A DNA stretch of 64,000 nt from Gammaproteobacteria bacterium (GCA_029884455.1 JAOUHU010000005.1:38300-102299); one strand, 5' to 3'. Positions 9,103 to 20,710 are shown, numbered from the stretch's first letter. Made by a program: numbers and translations. Notes: generated by a model not told the origin, from the letters alone.

Positions 9103-10458
9103 ATGTCGTCAATAACTGCAATCCGCGGTGCGGCACTTAGCTACTCGCAGGATCCATTTCAGAACGCGGTGGAGGACTGCTTCCGTTACGAAGCGGATGC
9201 TCTGATCATCATGCAGGATGGCCGCGTCATTGCGTTTGGCCCGGCAAGCGAGATTGTCGGTACGCTTGCAGGTGATGTCGAGGTTACTCGCTATGACAAC
9301 TGCCTGATACTGCCGGGTTTTATTGACTGCCACGTGCACTATCCGCAGACGGAAATTATCGGTGCATATGGCAAGCATTTGCTGGATTGGTTGCAGAATT
9401 ATACATTCATTGCGGAACAAAAGTTCAAGGACAGGGATCACGCGCACAATACCGCGAAAGTTTTCCTGCGTGAGAGTATTCGCTGCGGGACGACCACATC
9501 CGCGGTTTTTTGCACGGTCGATCCGATTTCGGTTGACGCATTTTTCGCCGAGGCTCAGAAACTCAATATGCGCAATATTGCGGGTAAGGTGCTGATGGAC
9601 AGGAATGCACCGCCCGAGTTACTTGATACGCCACAGCAGGGCTACGATCAAACCCAGGCACTGATCGACCGCTGGCATGGCAAGGGTCGGGCGTTATACG
9701 GCGTGACGCCGCGCTTCGCGCCGACCAGTTCTCCGGAGCAAATGGAAATGACGGCTTCCGTTTGGCATCAAAATCCCGGTACCTATCTGCAGTCGCATGT
9801 CTCCGAAACTGCCAGCGAGGTCGCGTGGGTGAAGGAGTTGTTTCCGGCATGCAGAAACTATGTCGACGTATATGCGCATTTTGGGCAACTTGGCGAGCGC
9901 TGCATACTGGGCCACGGCGTGCACCTGTCCGAAGATGAATTTGCAGAGCTGCATGAATCCGGCACCGCCATTGCGCATTGTCCGACCTCGAACCTGTTTC
10001 TCGGCAGTGGGCTGTTCGAAATGTCCATGGCAGTGAATCCGCGCCGGCCCGTGCGCGTGGGCCTGGCAACGGATCTTGGTGCTGGCACCAATTTTTCTCA
10101 GCTGGTGACCATGAATGAGGCTTACAAGATTGCACAGCTTCGTGGCTATGCCCTTAGTGCGCATCACGCGTATTACCTGGCGACGCGAGGCGCTGCTCGT
10201 GCGCTGTACCTTGAGGATAAGATAGGCAGCATCGCAGTGGGCATGGAGGCGGACCTGGTAGTGCTCGATCTCGCTGCTACGCCGGTATTGGGGTATCGGA
10301 TGCAACACACCAGCAATCTCGAAGAAATGCTGTTTGTTCTTATGACGCTGGGCGACGACCGAACCGCCTGTGCGACGTACATCGCTGGCGAGCGTGTGTA
10401 TTCGCGAGAATTGCAGGTCCGCAAAGAGATGTTTGTGCCGTCATTGCAGGTGGAGTGA
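9103..10458 (+). CDS. guaD: Guanine deaminase
   Basis: 451-aa amidohydrolase with GFIDCHVHYPQTEIIGAYGKHLLDWLQNYTF(I)AE, typical of guanine deaminases, and HxxE / TDLGAG motifs downstream. Confidence 0.9.
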   Translation: MSSITAIRGAALSYSQDPFQNAVEDCFRYEADALIIMQDGRVIAFGPASEIVGTLAGDVEVTRYDNCLILPGFIDCHVHYPQTEIIGAYGKHLLDWLQNYTFIAEQKFKDRDHAHNTAKVFLRESIRCGTTTSAVFCTVDPISVDAFFAEAQKLNMRNIAGKVLMDRNAPPELLDTPQQGYDQTQALIDRWHGKGRALYGVTPRFAPTSSPEQMEMTASVWHQNPGTYLQSHVSETASEVAWVKELFPACRNYVDVYAHFGQLGERCILGHGVHLSEDEFAELHESGTAIAHCPTSNLFLGSGLFEMSMAVNPRRPVRVGLATDLGAGTNFSQLVTMNEAYKIAQLRGYALSAHHAYYLATRGAARALYLEDKIGSIAVGMEADLVVLDLAATPVLGYRMQHTSNLEEMLFVLMTLGDDRTACATYIAGERVYSRELQVRKEMFVPSLQVE

Positions 10459-10503
10459 AGGCAATTCATTGTGTTGCGGTCCTGTAGCAGCGATAATCGC
10501 CGC

Positions 10504-10610
10504 CGGTCCGCGCCGGCTTCCTCGCGACGACCAACCGTGAACCCCGTCAGGCCCGGAAGGGAGCAGCGGCAGCGGCGCAGTCGGGTGCCGGGGAGTCGCT
10601 GGCGCGGGCC
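10504..10610 (+). ncRNA. ffs: Signal recognition particle RNA (4.5S-type)
   Basis: Contains the conserved domain IV core GTCAGGCCC-GGAA-GGGAGCAGC. The termini GGTCCGCGCCGGC and GCTGGCGCGGGCC pair over 13 bp (two G-U), closing the hairpin. Followed by TCTTTTCGGG. Sits immediately upstream of dnaX, as in many gammaproteobacteria. Confidence 0.8.
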
Positions 10611-10694
10611 TCTTTTCGGGCTTGCTCCGGGCCGCTCGTACGATACACTGATCCACCCGAATTCGGGCTCGCACAGGCCCAATAGACATAATTT

Positions 10695-12320
10695 ATGAGC
10701 TATCTCGTCCTTGCACGCAAATGGCGGCCGAAAGATTTTTCCGACACGGTTGGCCAGGACCACGTTTTACGCGCTTTGACGAATGCGCTCGAGTCCGGAC
10801 GTCTGCATCATGCCTACCTGTTTGCCGGAACGCGCGGCGTTGGCAAAACCACGATTGCACGTGTGCTGGCAAAGGCTCTTAATTGTGAAACAGGAATCAC
10901 GGCTGCACCTTGCGGCAAGTGCAGCGCATGCCGAGAAATTGATGAAGGACGTTTTGTTGACCTTATAGAGGTGGATGCCGCTTCACGAACCAAGGTTGAT
11001 GACACGCGTGACCTCCTGGACAACGTCCAATATGCGCCTGCGCGCGGGCGCTTTAAGGTCTACCTGATTGACGAAGTGCACATGCTCTCAAAGAGTTCAT
11101 TTAATGCGCTTTTGAAAACGCTCGAGGAGCCACCGCCACATGTAAAATTCCTGCTCGCAACCACTGATCCGCAGAAGCTGCCGATTACGGTATTGTCACG
11201 CTGCCTGCAGTTTAATCTCACGCGCTTGACACCGAGATTAATTCAGGAGCGCCTTGCTAACATCTGTATTGCCGAGAACGTCGAGTTCGAGCCCGCGGCC
11301 CTGGCGCTGGTTGCCAGAGCGGCGGATGGTAGTTTGCGTGATGCGCTCAGCCTTTTGGACCAGGCGATTGCTTATTGCGGCGGCAAGGTCGCGGGAATGC
11401 CGGTCGCCAAAATGCTCGGTACGATCGACCGAAACCATGTCGCGAAACTGATCAACCTGCTTGCTGCCGATGATGCGGCCGGCGTTATCTCGGCGCTTGC
11501 CGAAATCGATGCACAGTTTCCGGATTACGCGCGCCTGCTCGAAGACCTTGCACGTGTATTGCAGCAAATCGCTGTTGCGCAGGTCGTCGGCATCGTCGCA
11601 ACAGAGGACGAGGCGGCAGACGCGACCCTCGCAGAGCTTGTAAGTTTGTTGTCCGCTGAGGACGTACAACTTTTCTACCAGATTGCCTTGCTGGGGCGGC
11701 GCGACTTGCATCTCGCCCCCGACCCACGAAGCGGCGCCGAAATGACATTGCTGCGCATGCTGGCGTTTCGGCCGGCGAGTCCTGCCGCTGGTGGTTCGAA
11801 TGGCACGACGAATTCGTCGCGCAGCGCGCACGCCGAATCCGGGCAAGCGGCACCGGCCGCGCAGGTCCTGCGGGCACATACGCCCGTGCCTGCACGGGCC
11901 GCGCCCGTACCTTGGCGAGACCCCGATTGGGGAGTGTTGACTGCTGAAATTGCGTTGCCGGGTGCAGTACGTTTACTGGCGGCCAATTGTGCCTATCTGC
12001 AACGCAAGGGTAATACGATATTCTTGAGTATGGATCCACGCTCCGAGTCACTGCTGACAAAGTCGCGGAAGGACGCCATGGCTGCTGCGTTGTCGGCACA
12101 TTTCGGCGAAACGCTGGCAATTGATATCGTCATGGGCGTCGCGACCGCGGAGACTCCTGTGCAGGAAGGTCGGCGTCGCAACCAGGAAAAGCTGGCGGCC
12201 GCCCGCGTTGCGCTGGAATCGGATCCGAACATACAGGCGCTGAAGGATCTGTTCGGGGCAGAGTTGAAACCTGAAACCATAGAATTCATCGGCCCGGCGA
12301 CCAACGACAGAGTGGAGTAG
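10695..12320 (+). CDS. dnaX: DNA polymerase III subunit gamma/tau
   Basis: 541 aa, MSYLVLARKWRPKDFSDTVGQDHV..., Walker A GTRGVGKTT, zinc module CGKCSACREI, Pro/Ala-rich linker. Confidence 0.95.
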   Translation: MSYLVLARKWRPKDFSDTVGQDHVLRALTNALESGRLHHAYLFAGTRGVGKTTIARVLAKALNCETGITAAPCGKCSACREIDEGRFVDLIEVDAASRTKVDDTRDLLDNVQYAPARGRFKVYLIDEVHMLSKSSFNALLKTLEEPPPHVKFLLATTDPQKLPITVLSRCLQFNLTRLTPRLIQERLANICIAENVEFEPAALALVARAADGSLRDALSLLDQAIAYCGGKVAGMPVAKMLGTIDRNHVAKLINLLAADDAAGVISALAEIDAQFPDYARLLEDLARVLQQIAVAQVVGIVATEDEAADATLAELVSLLSAEDVQLFYQIALLGRRDLHLAPDPRSGAEMTLLRMLAFRPASPAAGGSNGTTNSSRSAHAESGQAAPAAQVLRAHTPVPARAAPVPWRDPDWGVLTAEIALPGAVRLLAANCAYLQRKGNTIFLSMDPRSESLLTKSRKDAMAAALSAHFGETLAIDIVMGVATAETPVQEGRRRNQEKLAAARVALESDPNIQALKDLFGAELKPETIEFIGPATNDRVE

Positions 12321-12647
12321 TTGATGAAAGGTGGAATTGGCCAGCTTATGAAGCAGGCGCAACAAATGCAGGCAGAGATGCAAAAGGCGCAGGAGGAAAT
12401 GGCCGCGCTGACTGTGCAAGGTCAGTCCGGTGGCGGCATGGTGCGGATCACCATGACCTGCAAGCACCAGTTAACGGCGCTGGAAATTGATGATGCGCTT
12501 CTGGGTGACGACAAGGAAATGCTGGAAGATCTGATTATAGCGGCGTTCAATGATGCGATTCGCAAGGTCGATATCACAGTGCAGGAAAAGTTTTCCGGCA
12601 TGGCGGCGGGCTTGGGATTGCCGCCTGGAATCAAGTTACCCTTCTAG
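12321..12647 (+). CDS. ybaB: Nucleoid-associated protein YbaB/EbfC
   Basis: 108 aa with [11 protein letters not shown]...MQKAQEE and the conserved dnaX-ybaB-recR order. Confidence 0.9.
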   Translation: MMKGGIGQLMKQAQQMQAEMQKAQEEMAALTVQGQSGGGMVRITMTCKHQLTALEIDDALLGDDKEMLEDLIIAAFNDAIRKVDITVQEKFSGMAAGLGLPPGIKLPF

Positions 12648-12657
12648 AGTTCACGCC

Positions 12658-13257
12658 TTGTCTTTTTCACCGCTCTTGGTTCGTTTGATCGATGCGTTGC
12701 GCTGTATGCCTGGTATCGGTCGTAAATCCGCACAGCGAATTGCGTTTCACCTGTTGGAGCGCGATCGGGAAGGGGCCACCGCCATGTCTGGTGCTATTGC
12801 TGATGCAATTGCCGGCATCGGCCACTGTTCGCGCTGTCGCATGTTTTCGGAGCATGAGTTGTGCTCTATTTGTGCTGCAAGCGGTCGCGATGCCGGCCAG
12901 TTATGCGTGGTTGAATCACCCGCAGACGTTATGGCGGTTGAAGATGCGACCGGGTTTCGCGGCATGTATTTTGTACTGATGGGCCACCTTTCACCTCTCG
13001 ATGGAATCGGGCCGGAGGAACTCGGTCTCGCGATACTTGAACAGAGAATTCGCGACGAGCATATTACGGAGCTGATCATAGCAACCAATCCGACGGTTGA
13101 GGGAGATGCGACGGCGCACTATCTTGCTGATATGGCTGCACGACACAAGGTGCCAGCGTCTCGGATCGCACACGGCGTGCCATTAGGTGGTGAGCTCGAG
13201 TATGTCGACGGTGGAACTTTGTCACATGCATTTTACGGCCGCAGAGCCGTGGACTAG
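12658..13257 (+). CDS. recR: Recombination protein RecR
   Basis: Start moved to in-frame TTG 12658, giving [33 protein letters not shown] (HhH), a C4 zinc finger CSRC...CSIC and a Toprim region. The ORF-track start at 12550 overlaps ybaB. Confidence 0.9.
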   Translation: MSFSPLLVRLIDALRCMPGIGRKSAQRIAFHLLERDREGATAMSGAIADAIAGIGHCSRCRMFSEHELCSICAASGRDAGQLCVVESPADVMAVEDATGFRGMYFVLMGHLSPLDGIGPEELGLAILEQRIRDEHITELIIATNPTVEGDATAHYLADMAARHKVPASRIAHGVPLGGELEYVDGGTLSHAFYGRRAVD

Positions 13258-13262
13258 AGGCG

Positions 13263-13616
13263 ATGATGAGCTCGAAAGACTGCTTGTTTTGCAGAATTCT
13301 TGCCGGTGAAATTCCGGCAGATATCATCTACGAATCTGACACCGCGATCGCTTTTCGTGACATCAATCCGCAGGCTTCGACCCATGTCCTCATAATTCCG
13401 CGCAAACACATCGCGACAATTAATGCGCTGGACGAAAGCGATGCGCAGCAGGTAGGCGAGCTGTTTCTGGCCGCAAAACAGGTCGCGAGCCAGGAGGGTG
13501 TTGCCGAGCGCGGCTACCGGGTTGTTATGAATTGCAACGCCGGCGCCGGGCAAACCGTATTTCACCTGCATTTGCACCTGCTCGGTGGCCGCGACTTAAG
13601 CTGGCCGCCGGGCTAG
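13263..13616 (+). CDS. HIT-family (histidine triad) nucleotide-binding protein
   Basis: 117 aa, CLFCRI...; histidine triad HLHLHLLGG. Confidence 0.9.
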   Translation: MMSSKDCLFCRILAGEIPADIIYESDTAIAFRDINPQASTHVLIIPRKHIATINALDESDAQQVGELFLAAKQVASQEGVAERGYRVVMNCNAGAGQTVFHLHLHLLGGRDLSWPPG

Positions 13617-13624
13617 TTCAGGTC

Positions 13625-14512
13625 TCAACGTCGTTGCTCGAGCTTTTCGGTCAGTGCCAGCAGTCGGCGATACGATTCGAAGCGCCGTGGGTTGATAATT
13701 GAGGTGGAGACAGCGTCTTTCACGGCGCACCCGGGTTCACGCAGGTGTCGACAGTTGGTAAATCGGCATTTTTGCCCGATCGATGCTATCTCGCGGAACC
13801 CCTGCATAACCTCACTGAAATCGCGCAAAGCCGGCGCGTAGTCCCGCACCCCGGGAGAATCGATAATCGCGCCGCCACCAGGAAGATCCAGCATCTCTGA
13901 ATTGACCGTCGTATGTCGGCCTTCGCTGGTCTTGCCGGATATTTGCGCCGTGCGCAAAGATTCTTCTCCCAGCAGTGAATTGATGATGCTTGACTTGCCA
14001 ACACCGGACTGGCCAACAATGATTGCGGTCTGTTGCCGCACCAGCGCGCCAATCTGGTCCACGTTTTTTCCGGTGGCGGCGCTGCAGCTCACAGTGTCGT
14101 AACCGATTTTCTCGTATTCGGCGAATTCGCTGTCGGCGCCGCCGAGATCGGTCTTGTTAAAGATGATAGCGGCTCGCGCGCGCATGCTTTCTGCGGCACA
14201 CAGGTAGCGATCAACCACGAACCAATCCGCCCTAGGTATTGCTGCGGCAACCACTAGCACCAGGTCAATATTGGCAGCGAGGACCTCGACGCCGCCACGC
14301 AAATTGGGACGACGCAGCTCATTTTCGCGGTCGCGAACGGCCGTGATAAGCCAGTCATCTTCATTCGTCAGGATCTCCACCACAACTCGATCGCCACAGA
14401 CGGCCTTCAGTTGTTTGCCCTTGATGCGCGCCGAAGCCGAGCTACCATCCGGCAGGCGAATTCGCATGCGGCGACTAAAGGTCGCAGTAACAATAGCTTG
14501 GATATCCGGCAA
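13625..14512 (-). CDS. rsgA: Ribosome small-subunit-dependent GTPase A
   Basis: 295 aa. Circularly permuted GTPase: NKTD then GQSGVGKSSIIN. C-terminal zinc knuckle CRFTNCRHLREPGCAV. Confidence 0.9.
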   Translation of the reverse strand: MPDIQAIVTATFSRRMRIRLPDGSSASARIKGKQLKAVCGDRVVVEILTNEDDWLITAVRDRENELRRPNLRGGVEVLAANIDLVLVVAAAIPRADWFVVDRYLCAAESMRARAAIIFNKTDLGGADSEFAEYEKIGYDTVSCSAATGKNVDQIGALVRQQTAIIVGQSGVGKSSIINSLLGEESLRTAQISGKTSEGRHTTVNSEMLDLPGGGAIIDSPGVRDYAPALRDFSEVMQGFREIASIGQKCRFTNCRHLREPGCAVKDAVSTSIINPRRFESYRRLLALTEKLEQRR

Positions 14513-14622
14513 GATACGCTCTCGAGTTGTCTCTCGTAGAGTATGCCGGTATGCATGAAGCCTTGCACCCGCGAGCCATGTAAACTACGCCGAATTGGAA
14601 AGGGCCATGATCTGGGAGGAGT

Positions 14623-15222
14623 ATGACCAACGGTGCGACAGCGGCTGATCGGAGCGGAAATCTGATCTGGATTGACCTTGAAATGACCGGTCTGAACACG
14701 ACCAGCGACTCAATTATCGAGATCGCGACCATAGTCACGGACAAGTACCTGAAGGAACTCGCCGAGGGCCCGGTTCTCGCGATTCGGCAGACAAAATTGA
14801 CCATGGACGCCATGGATGACTGGAATACGCGCCAGCACGGCGACTCCGGCCTGACCGAACGCGTGCTCAAAAGTACTGTCTCGGCAGCAGAGGCGGAACG
14901 AGTGACGCTGGAATTCCTGCGCGCCTGGGTCGAGATTGGCAAGTCGCCAATGTGCGGCAACAGCATCTGCCAGGACCGGCGATTTTTGGCGCGCGAAATG
15001 CCGCAGCTTGAAGCCTTTTTTCACTATCGCAACCTCGATGTAAGTACGCTAAAGATTCTTGCGCAACTGTGGACGCCTCAAGTGGCTAATGGGTTCAACA
15101 AAGAATCGGGTCACCGCGCATTGTCTGACATCCGGGATTCCATCGCAGAACTCAGGTGGTATCGTGATCAGTTCCTAAATCCGGCAGTGTTGGCCGCGGA
15201 GTGCAGCGACGCGACGTTATGA
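14623..15222 (+). CDS. orn: Oligoribonuclease
   Basis: 199 aa. [12 protein letters not shown] (DEDD exo I), [23 protein letters not shown]. Confidence 0.9.
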   Translation: MTNGATAADRSGNLIWIDLEMTGLNTTSDSIIEIATIVTDKYLKELAEGPVLAIRQTKLTMDAMDDWNTRQHGDSGLTERVLKSTVSAAEAERVTLEFLRAWVEIGKSPMCGNSICQDRRFLAREMPQLEAFFHYRNLDVSTLKILAQLWTPQVANGFNKESGHRALSDIRDSIAELRWYRDQFLNPAVLAAECSDATL

Positions 15223-15827
15223 GACAGGATCTGGCCGCACATATCGCGCGAAATTCTCAGCCGATCGCCGAAGTGCTTGGCGTGGAATTTGGCAAGGTCA
15301 CGGATGTTCTGGAAATCGGGTCAGGGAGTGGCCAGCACGCGACTTTGTTCGCAACCGCTTTTCCACAGTTGCAGTGGCAGACAAGCGATCTCGACGAGAA
15401 TCACTCGGCTATTAACGCCTGGATTGCCCGGGAGCAACTGCCGAATGTCTTGCCGCCGCTGTCGCTGGATGTGATGACAGCAAAATTACCGGCAAACTCC
15501 TACGATGCTGTTTTTTCGGCCAATACGGCGCATATCATGCCGATTGCAGCAGTCGAGCAAATGTTCGCGGTCGTTTCCACAGTCTTGCGCGCAGGCGGTG
15601 TTTTCTTTCTGTATGGGCCATTTCGGCAGGATCTGGAATTCAACGCGGAAAGCAATGCCCGGTTTCACGAGACCTTGCAGGCTCGGGACCGTGGCATGGG
15701 CATACGCGACCTGGAGAAATTGGAAGGATTTGCGACGGTTCTAGCGCTCGACAGGCTGCGCTGCTACGCAATGCCAGCTAACAATTTATCGCTGCTCTGG
15801 TTGAAGCGCGACGGGTCGGTCGTGTGA
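15219..15827 (+). CDS. DUF938-family class I SAM-dependent methyltransferase
   Basis: Start at ATG 15219, overlapping the orn stop (ATGA). [14 protein letters not shown] motif and the LLWLKR tail typical of DUF938. Confidence 0.7.
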   Translation: MRQDLAAHIARNSQPIAEVLGVEFGKVTDVLEIGSGSGQHATLFATAFPQLQWQTSDLDENHSAINAWIAREQLPNVLPPLSLDVMTAKLPANSYDAVFSANTAHIMPIAAVEQMFAVVSTVLRAGGVFFLYGPFRQDLEFNAESNARFHETLQARDRGMGIRDLEKLEGFATVLALDRLRCYAMPANNLSLLWLKRDGSVV

Positions 15828-16207
15828 TGGTTCTTCGCGGTGGCTGTCACTGCGGCAATGTGCGCTTCGAAGTGGAAGCGGCTGCAGATATCGAGGCGCA
15901 GCAGTGCAATTGCAGCATTTGCCAGATGAATGGCTATTTGCACCTGATCGTAGCAAAAAGAAATTTTCGCCTGCTTAGTGGCGACGCATTGCTGCGGACC
16001 TACCAGTTCGGCAGCGAGGTCGCGCGCCACTACTTTTGTCGAGACTGCGGCATCAAGTCGTTCTACGTACCGCGTTCGCACCCTGATGGCATCAGCGTTA
16101 ATGTCAATTGTCTCGAGCGGAATGGAATACGGTCGGTGACCGTAGTGCCGTTTGATGGCCAAAACTGGGAGCAGAATATTCACAAGCTGTCGCCGATAAG
16201 CGACTGA
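15824..16207 (+). CDS. GFA-family (CENP-V/glutathione-dependent formaldehyde-activating) zinc protein
   Basis: 127 aa. GGCHCGNVRFE, CNCSIC and FCRDCG cysteine clusters. Confidence 0.75.
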   Translation: MMVLRGGCHCGNVRFEVEAAADIEAQQCNCSICQMNGYLHLIVAKRNFRLLSGDALLRTYQFGSEVARHYFCRDCGIKSFYVPRSHPDGISVNVNCLERNGIRSVTVVPFDGQNWEQNIHKLSPISD

Positions 16208-16282
16208 TTCAAATAATGTTTCGCTGGAATGCGATGTAACCTTGGCATATAGTTACGGCAATATTTGCCAGTGTAGAGAATT

Positions 16283-16960
16283 ATGATTTTTCGTATCCGG
16301 TTTGTGCTCTTTGGTCTGCCCGCGCTGCTTGCGGCTGTCGCCGCCGCAGCGGACGATGCCTGGGTTAGTGACCAGTTCGAGGTAATGCTGCGTACCGGTC
16401 CTAGCACCAGCAATGCCATTGAGCGCATGTTGCCGAGCGGAACAGCGCTCGAAGTCCTGGAAAATGATGCCGAGTCCGGCTATTCACGGGTACGGACTGC
16501 GGGTGGTACCGAAGGTTGGGTGCTAAGCCGCTACTTGATGAACGAGCCGAGCGCGCGTGAGCAACTTGAGCGGCTCTCGAGCCGGCTGAGCAATGCCACC
16601 GCCACGGGTTCCAGCCTTACCTCACAACTCAACGCGGTAAAAGACGAATACGACGAAGCGACGAGCCGTATTTCGTCCCTGGAGCGCGAAAAACTGGCAC
16701 TGGAACAGGAGTTGGCCGCAATAAAAAGAACTGCGGCGAATGCGCTCGCTCTCGACAGCCAGAACAAGGAGCTGCAGCAACAACTGGCGACGGTTGATAT
16801 TGAAATTGCAACTCTTGAACAGCGCAATCGGGAGTTGTCGTCACAGACAACGCGCTACTGGTTCGTGTCCGGGGCGGGTGTGTTGCTGGGCGGAATGCTT
16901 CTCGGGCTGTGGTTGCCACGTATCAAGTGGCGACGGCCGTCGCGTTACGACCGCTTCTAG
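16283..16960 (+). CDS. YgiM-type SH3-domain protein with coiled coil and C-terminal membrane anchor (TIGR04211-like)
   Basis: 225 aa. Signal peptide, SH3b-like [15 protein letters not shown]...GWVLSRYL, a coiled coil, a TM segment [20 protein letters not shown], then a basic tail. Same layout as E. coli YgiM. Confidence 0.6.
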   Translation: MIFRIRFVLFGLPALLAAVAAAADDAWVSDQFEVMLRTGPSTSNAIERMLPSGTALEVLENDAESGYSRVRTAGGTEGWVLSRYLMNEPSAREQLERLSSRLSNATATGSSLTSQLNAVKDEYDEATSRISSLEREKLALEQELAAIKRTAANALALDSQNKELQQQLATVDIEIATLEQRNRELSSQTTRYWFVSGAGVLLGGMLLGLWLPRIKWRRPSRYDRF

Positions 16961-19332
16961 TCGGCCAGCGACTCTCCTGCAAGAAACATCCAGGTTTCGA
17001 CAACGGAATCTGGATTTAACGACATGCTTTCAATTCCCTGGTCGACTAACCAGCGCGCCAGGTCGGGGTGGTCAGAAGGCCCTTGGCCGCAAATTCCGAC
17101 GTACTTGTTGTGCCTCTTGCATGCGGCGATCGTCATAGCCAACATTGCTTTGACAGCTTCGTCTCGCTCATCAAATGTATCGGCCACCAGCGCAGAGTCA
17201 CGATCGAGTCCTAGCGTCAATTGAGTCATATCGTTCGAACCGATCGACATGCCATCGAAGTATTCGAGAAACTGGTCTGCCAACAGGGCATTGCTCGGTA
17301 GTTCGGACATCATAATAATCTTTAGATCGTCCCTGCCACGTTCGAGTCCGTTGGCGGCGAGCGCCGCAATCACATCGCGCGCCTGACGCACAGTACGGAC
17401 GAATGGAATCATCAATTGTACGTTACGCAATCCCATAGTGTTGCGCACACGTCGAATCGCGGCGCACTCCAGTTCGAAGCATGGGCGAAAACTGTTGGAG
17501 ACATAGCGCGCGGCGCCGCGAAAACCAAGCATTGGGTTTTCTTCGTCTGGCTCGTAACGCTCGCCGCCAATCAGGTTGGCATATTCATTCGACTTGAAGT
17601 CGGACATACGCACGATCACCGGGTAGGGCGCAAACGCCGCTGCGATTGTACTGACGCCTTCAGCCAGCTTGTTGACGAAGAAATTCACGGGACTATCATA
17701 GCCGGCCATTTGCTCGTCAATTGCCACACGCGTGGCCTCATCGAGGCTTGCGTAATTCAATAATGCCTGCGGATGTACACCGATCATGCGGTTGATTATG
17801 AATTCGAGCCGCGCAAGTCCGACGCCGCGATTCGGAATGTTGGCGAAATCGAAAGCGCGATCCGGATTACCAACGTTCATCATTATCTTGACTGGAATCT
17901 CTGGCAGTGAGTCCAGCTCGATTTGCTTTTGCTCGAAATTCAGCCTGCCTTCATACACAAAACCTTCGTCGCCCTCCGCACAGCTGACGGTGACATCCTG
18001 GCCATCCTTGATAAGTTCAGTTGCATTGCCGCAGCCGACGACCGCGGGAATGCCAAGCTCGCGCGCGATAATTGCCGCGTGACAGGTACGCCCGCCGCGA
18101 TTGGTGACAATGGCGGCAGCACGCTTCATTACCGGTTCCCAGTCAGGATCGGTCATGTCCGAGACCAGCACATCACCAGCTTGAATACGTTCCATCTCGG
18201 TAACATTGCGGATAATTTTCGCGGTACCAACGCCGATCTTCTGGCCAATACTTCGACCGGAACTGATCACTTTTGACCGGGCCTTTAGCGTAAAGCGCTG
18301 AATCGTTCGCCCGCTGCGTGATTGCACCGTTTCCGGTCGGGCCTGCAATATATACAATTGTCCGTCTGTACCATCCTTGCCCCATTCAATATCCATAGGA
18401 CGCTGGTAATGCGTCTCGATAGTCACCGCCATTTTCGCCAACTCAATAATCTCATCGTCGCTCAATGAGAATATCCGGCTTTGAGCTTGCGGAACTTCAA
18501 CCGTTTCGACGGTGCGCCCCGGTGTCGGATCATCGCTATAGACCATCTTGATTGCTTTACTGCCCAGATTCTTGCGCAGTATCGGATATCGGTCCGTTAC
18601 CAGTGCTTGTTTATATACGTAGAATTCGTCTGGATTGACTGCTCCTTGTACGACCGTTTCGCCGAGGCCGTAGGAGCTGGTAATAAGCACTGTGTCGCGA
18701 AATCCGGACTCGGTGTCCAGCGTGAACATGACCCCTGCGGCGCCAACGTCACTCCGCACCATGGTCTGCACGCCAACGGACAATGCAACCTGGCCATGAT
18801 CAAATCCCTGATGAACGCGATAGGCGATGGCGCGGTCGTTGAATAGCGACGCGAATACGTGGTGCGTTGCCAGGACCAGGTTATCTAGCCCTCGAACGTT
18901 GAGGAATGTCTCCTGCTGACCCGCAAAAGAGGCATCCGGGAGGTCCTCGGCCGTTGCCGATGAACGAACCGCCACCGCAATATCGCGGCCGCCCGACATC
19001 GAAGCCCATGCCGTCTCAATCTGTTGCATCAGTGGGGCCGGCAAAGGATTCCGCAAAATTGCCTCGCGAATCGATTTTCCAGCTGCGGCCAATGCGGAAA
19101 TGTCGTCTACGTCAAGATTACCAAGCTGCGCGGCAATGTGTCGGTCCAGGCCATTGGCTGAGAGGAATGCACGATAGGCCGTTGCCGTAGTAGCAAACCC
19201 GCCAGGCACTCTGACGCCCAACTTTGTCAGATTTCTGATCATCTCGCCGAGGGAGGCATTCTTTCCGCCTACAAGCTCGACATCCTGCATGCCAAGCTCT
19301 GCGAGTTCGATAACATAAGACTCCAATCTCAA
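16957..19332 (-). CDS. ppsA: Phosphoenolpyruvate synthase
   Basis: 791 aa. [10 protein letters not shown], phospho-histidine loop [21 protein letters not shown], and a PEP-utilising C-terminal domain. Confidence 0.95.
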   Translation of the reverse strand: MRLESYVIELAELGMQDVELVGGKNASLGEMIRNLTKLGVRVPGGFATTATAYRAFLSANGLDRHIAAQLGNLDVDDISALAAAGKSIREAILRNPLPAPLMQQIETAWASMSGGRDIAVAVRSSATAEDLPDASFAGQQETFLNVRGLDNLVLATHHVFASLFNDRAIAYRVHQGFDHGQVALSVGVQTMVRSDVGAAGVMFTLDTESGFRDTVLITSSYGLGETVVQGAVNPDEFYVYKQALVTDRYPILRKNLGSKAIKMVYSDDPTPGRTVETVEVPQAQSRIFSLSDDEIIELAKMAVTIETHYQRPMDIEWGKDGTDGQLYILQARPETVQSRSGRTIQRFTLKARSKVISSGRSIGQKIGVGTAKIIRNVTEMERIQAGDVLVSDMTDPDWEPVMKRAAAIVTNRGGRTCHAAIIARELGIPAVVGCGNATELIKDGQDVTVSCAEGDEGFVYEGRLNFEQKQIELDSLPEIPVKIMMNVGNPDRAFDFANIPNRGVGLARLEFIINRMIGVHPQALLNYASLDEATRVAIDEQMAGYDSPVNFFVNKLAEGVSTIAAAFAPYPVIVRMSDFKSNEYANLIGGERYEPDEENPMLGFRGAARYVSNSFRPCFELECAAIRRVRNTMGLRNVQLMIPFVRTVRQARDVIAALAANGLERGRDDLKIIMMSELPSNALLADQFLEYFDGMSIGSNDMTQLTLGLDRDSALVADTFDERDEAVKAMLAMTIAACKRHNKYVGICGQGPSDHPDLARWLVDQGIESMSLNPDSVVETWMFLAGESLAD

Positions 19333-19424
19333 CTCCCTTGTGTTCCCTCGCTGGACGTGGACAATCGGTCGTCAACTCTTAACGACAAACCGTTCGCTTC
19401 CACCAGAATCGGGAATCATTTCTT

Positions 19425-20249
19425 ATGAATGAGCGCACCGTATATTTTCTTTCCGATCAGACTGGAGTGACTGCGGAGACTCTGGGCCACAGTTTGTTGA
19501 CACAATTTGACACCCAGCGCTTCAGGCAAGTGACTTTGCCATTTATAGATTCCGAAGACAAGGCGAAGCAGGCAGTGCGAAAAATTAATGCCGCAGCGGC
19601 CGCTGAAGCGAACCGTCCCATCGTTTTTTCTACCTTGGTCCAGGATCAGATTCGCGCCATCGTGCGTGAAGCAAATGGTTTGCACCTGGATATCTTCGAC
19701 GTGTTCCTGGAACCCCTCGAGGAAGAGTTGCAGGCACAGCCGTCCCATCAGTCGGGGCGGGCGCACGGCATGAGCGACCTGACGGCCTACATGAAACGGA
19801 TTGAGGCTACAAACTTTGCACTGGCAAACGATGACGGTGGTGTAAGTCGCGATTACGACATGGCCGATGTCATTCTGGTCGGTGTTTCGCGATCGGGCAA
19901 GACTCCAACCTGCCTTTACCTTGCACTGCAGTACGGTGTTTATGCTGCGAACTATCCGTTGACCGAAGAGGAGTTCGAGTCAGGCACCTTGCCGGAATTC
20001 CTTGTGCAGCAGAAGCACAAGCTGTTTGGCCTGACGATCGCGCCCCTGCGCTTGCAACAGATACGGAAAGAGCGTCGGTCTCTTGGAAATTATTCCTCGG
20101 CACAGCAAGTAAGTTATGAACTGCGTGAGACTGACAAGCTTTTCAAGCGCTACGGGATCCCGAGTGTGGATACGACGGAGTTCTCGATCGAGGAAATCGC
20201 AAGCAGAATACTCGATAGTACCGGTGTTGAGCGCAGAGTACGACCCTGA
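19425..20249 (+). CDS. ppsR: PEP synthase regulatory protein (bifunctional kinase/pyrophosphorylase, DUF299)
   Basis: 274 aa. RTVYFLSDQTGVTAETLGHSLL, P-loop GVSRSGKTP. Divergent from ppsA, as is usual. Confidence 0.9.
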   Translation: MNERTVYFLSDQTGVTAETLGHSLLTQFDTQRFRQVTLPFIDSEDKAKQAVRKINAAAAAEANRPIVFSTLVQDQIRAIVREANGLHLDIFDVFLEPLEEELQAQPSHQSGRAHGMSDLTAYMKRIEATNFALANDDGGVSRDYDMADVILVGVSRSGKTPTCLYLALQYGVYAANYPLTEEEFESGTLPEFLVQQKHKLFGLTIAPLRLQQIRKERRSLGNYSSAQQVSYELRETDKLFKRYGIPSVDTTEFSIEEIASRILDSTGVERRVRP

Positions 20250-20284
20250 TTTTCGCCGCAATCGCATGATATATTGACGACATC

Positions 20285-20710
20285 ATGTACGACTGCCGAC
20301 TAGTACCGCAGACCATAGTCCGACCAAATAGTTTTGTTGGTCTGATGTCGCTATATGAAAGTAATTATTTACGCCTGCTGCAGTTGATTCCAGAAGTGGA
20401 ACGTCTGGATGGCTGCTTTCGCTCACGTGTCGCGGGTGAATGTGACTTGTATGTCGAGATTCTCGAACGTTGTCGGTATACAATGACGCTGTCCCTTACA
20501 TACCGATTTGAGGCAGAGCACGGTGCAGACGTTGAGCCGAACATGGTTGTTCGCATTTACGTGGACGGTGCCATGGCAGAGGCGATGGGAAAAAGGTCTG
20601 GCTATTGCCATGACAGGCGCGAACTCGACGCCCGCTGGCGGCGCAATATAATTCTCAACAAGTGGCTTGAGTTCCTCAGCGATCAGGGTCATTTGATCCT
20701 CGAGCGGTAG
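20285..20710 (+). CDS. DUF1249 (YqiB-like) protein
   Basis: 141 aa. YESNYLRLLQLIP, RYTMTL, VRIYVDGAMAEA and NKWLEFL line up with the corresponding blocks of E. coli YqiB. Confidence 0.55.
   Translation: MYDCRLVPQTIVRPNSFVGLMSLYESNYLRLLQLIPEVERLDGCFRSRVAGECDLYVEILERCRYTMTLSLTYRFEAEHGADVEPNMVVRIYVDGAMAEAMGKRSGYCHDRRELDARWRRNIILNKWLEFLSDQGHLILER

Noticed and set aside
10695-12320. Programmed -1 frameshift (A AAA AAG) or slippery A-run producing gamma from dnaX
   Set aside because: I saw no AAAAAAG heptamer or long A-run in the region encoding the linker (about 11700-12000).
12550-12657. ORF-track N-terminal extensions. These are recR 12550, fur 41646, smpB 39396, DUF1684 34219, folP 58631, secG 61728, rnfH 41186, dnaJ 48823, hrcA 45017 and carB 52073.
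   Set aside because: In each case the extension overlaps a neighbouring gene or lacks similarity to the family N-terminus. A downstream start restores the canonical N-terminus or signal peptide.
16230-16262. Possible sigma54 promoter (TGGCAT...TACGG) and GGCAA-tat-TTGCC repeat upstream of the YgiM-type SH3 gene (16283-16960)
   Set aside because: The -12 element does not match TTGC at the correct spacing, and the 5-bp repeat is too short to be meaningful alone.
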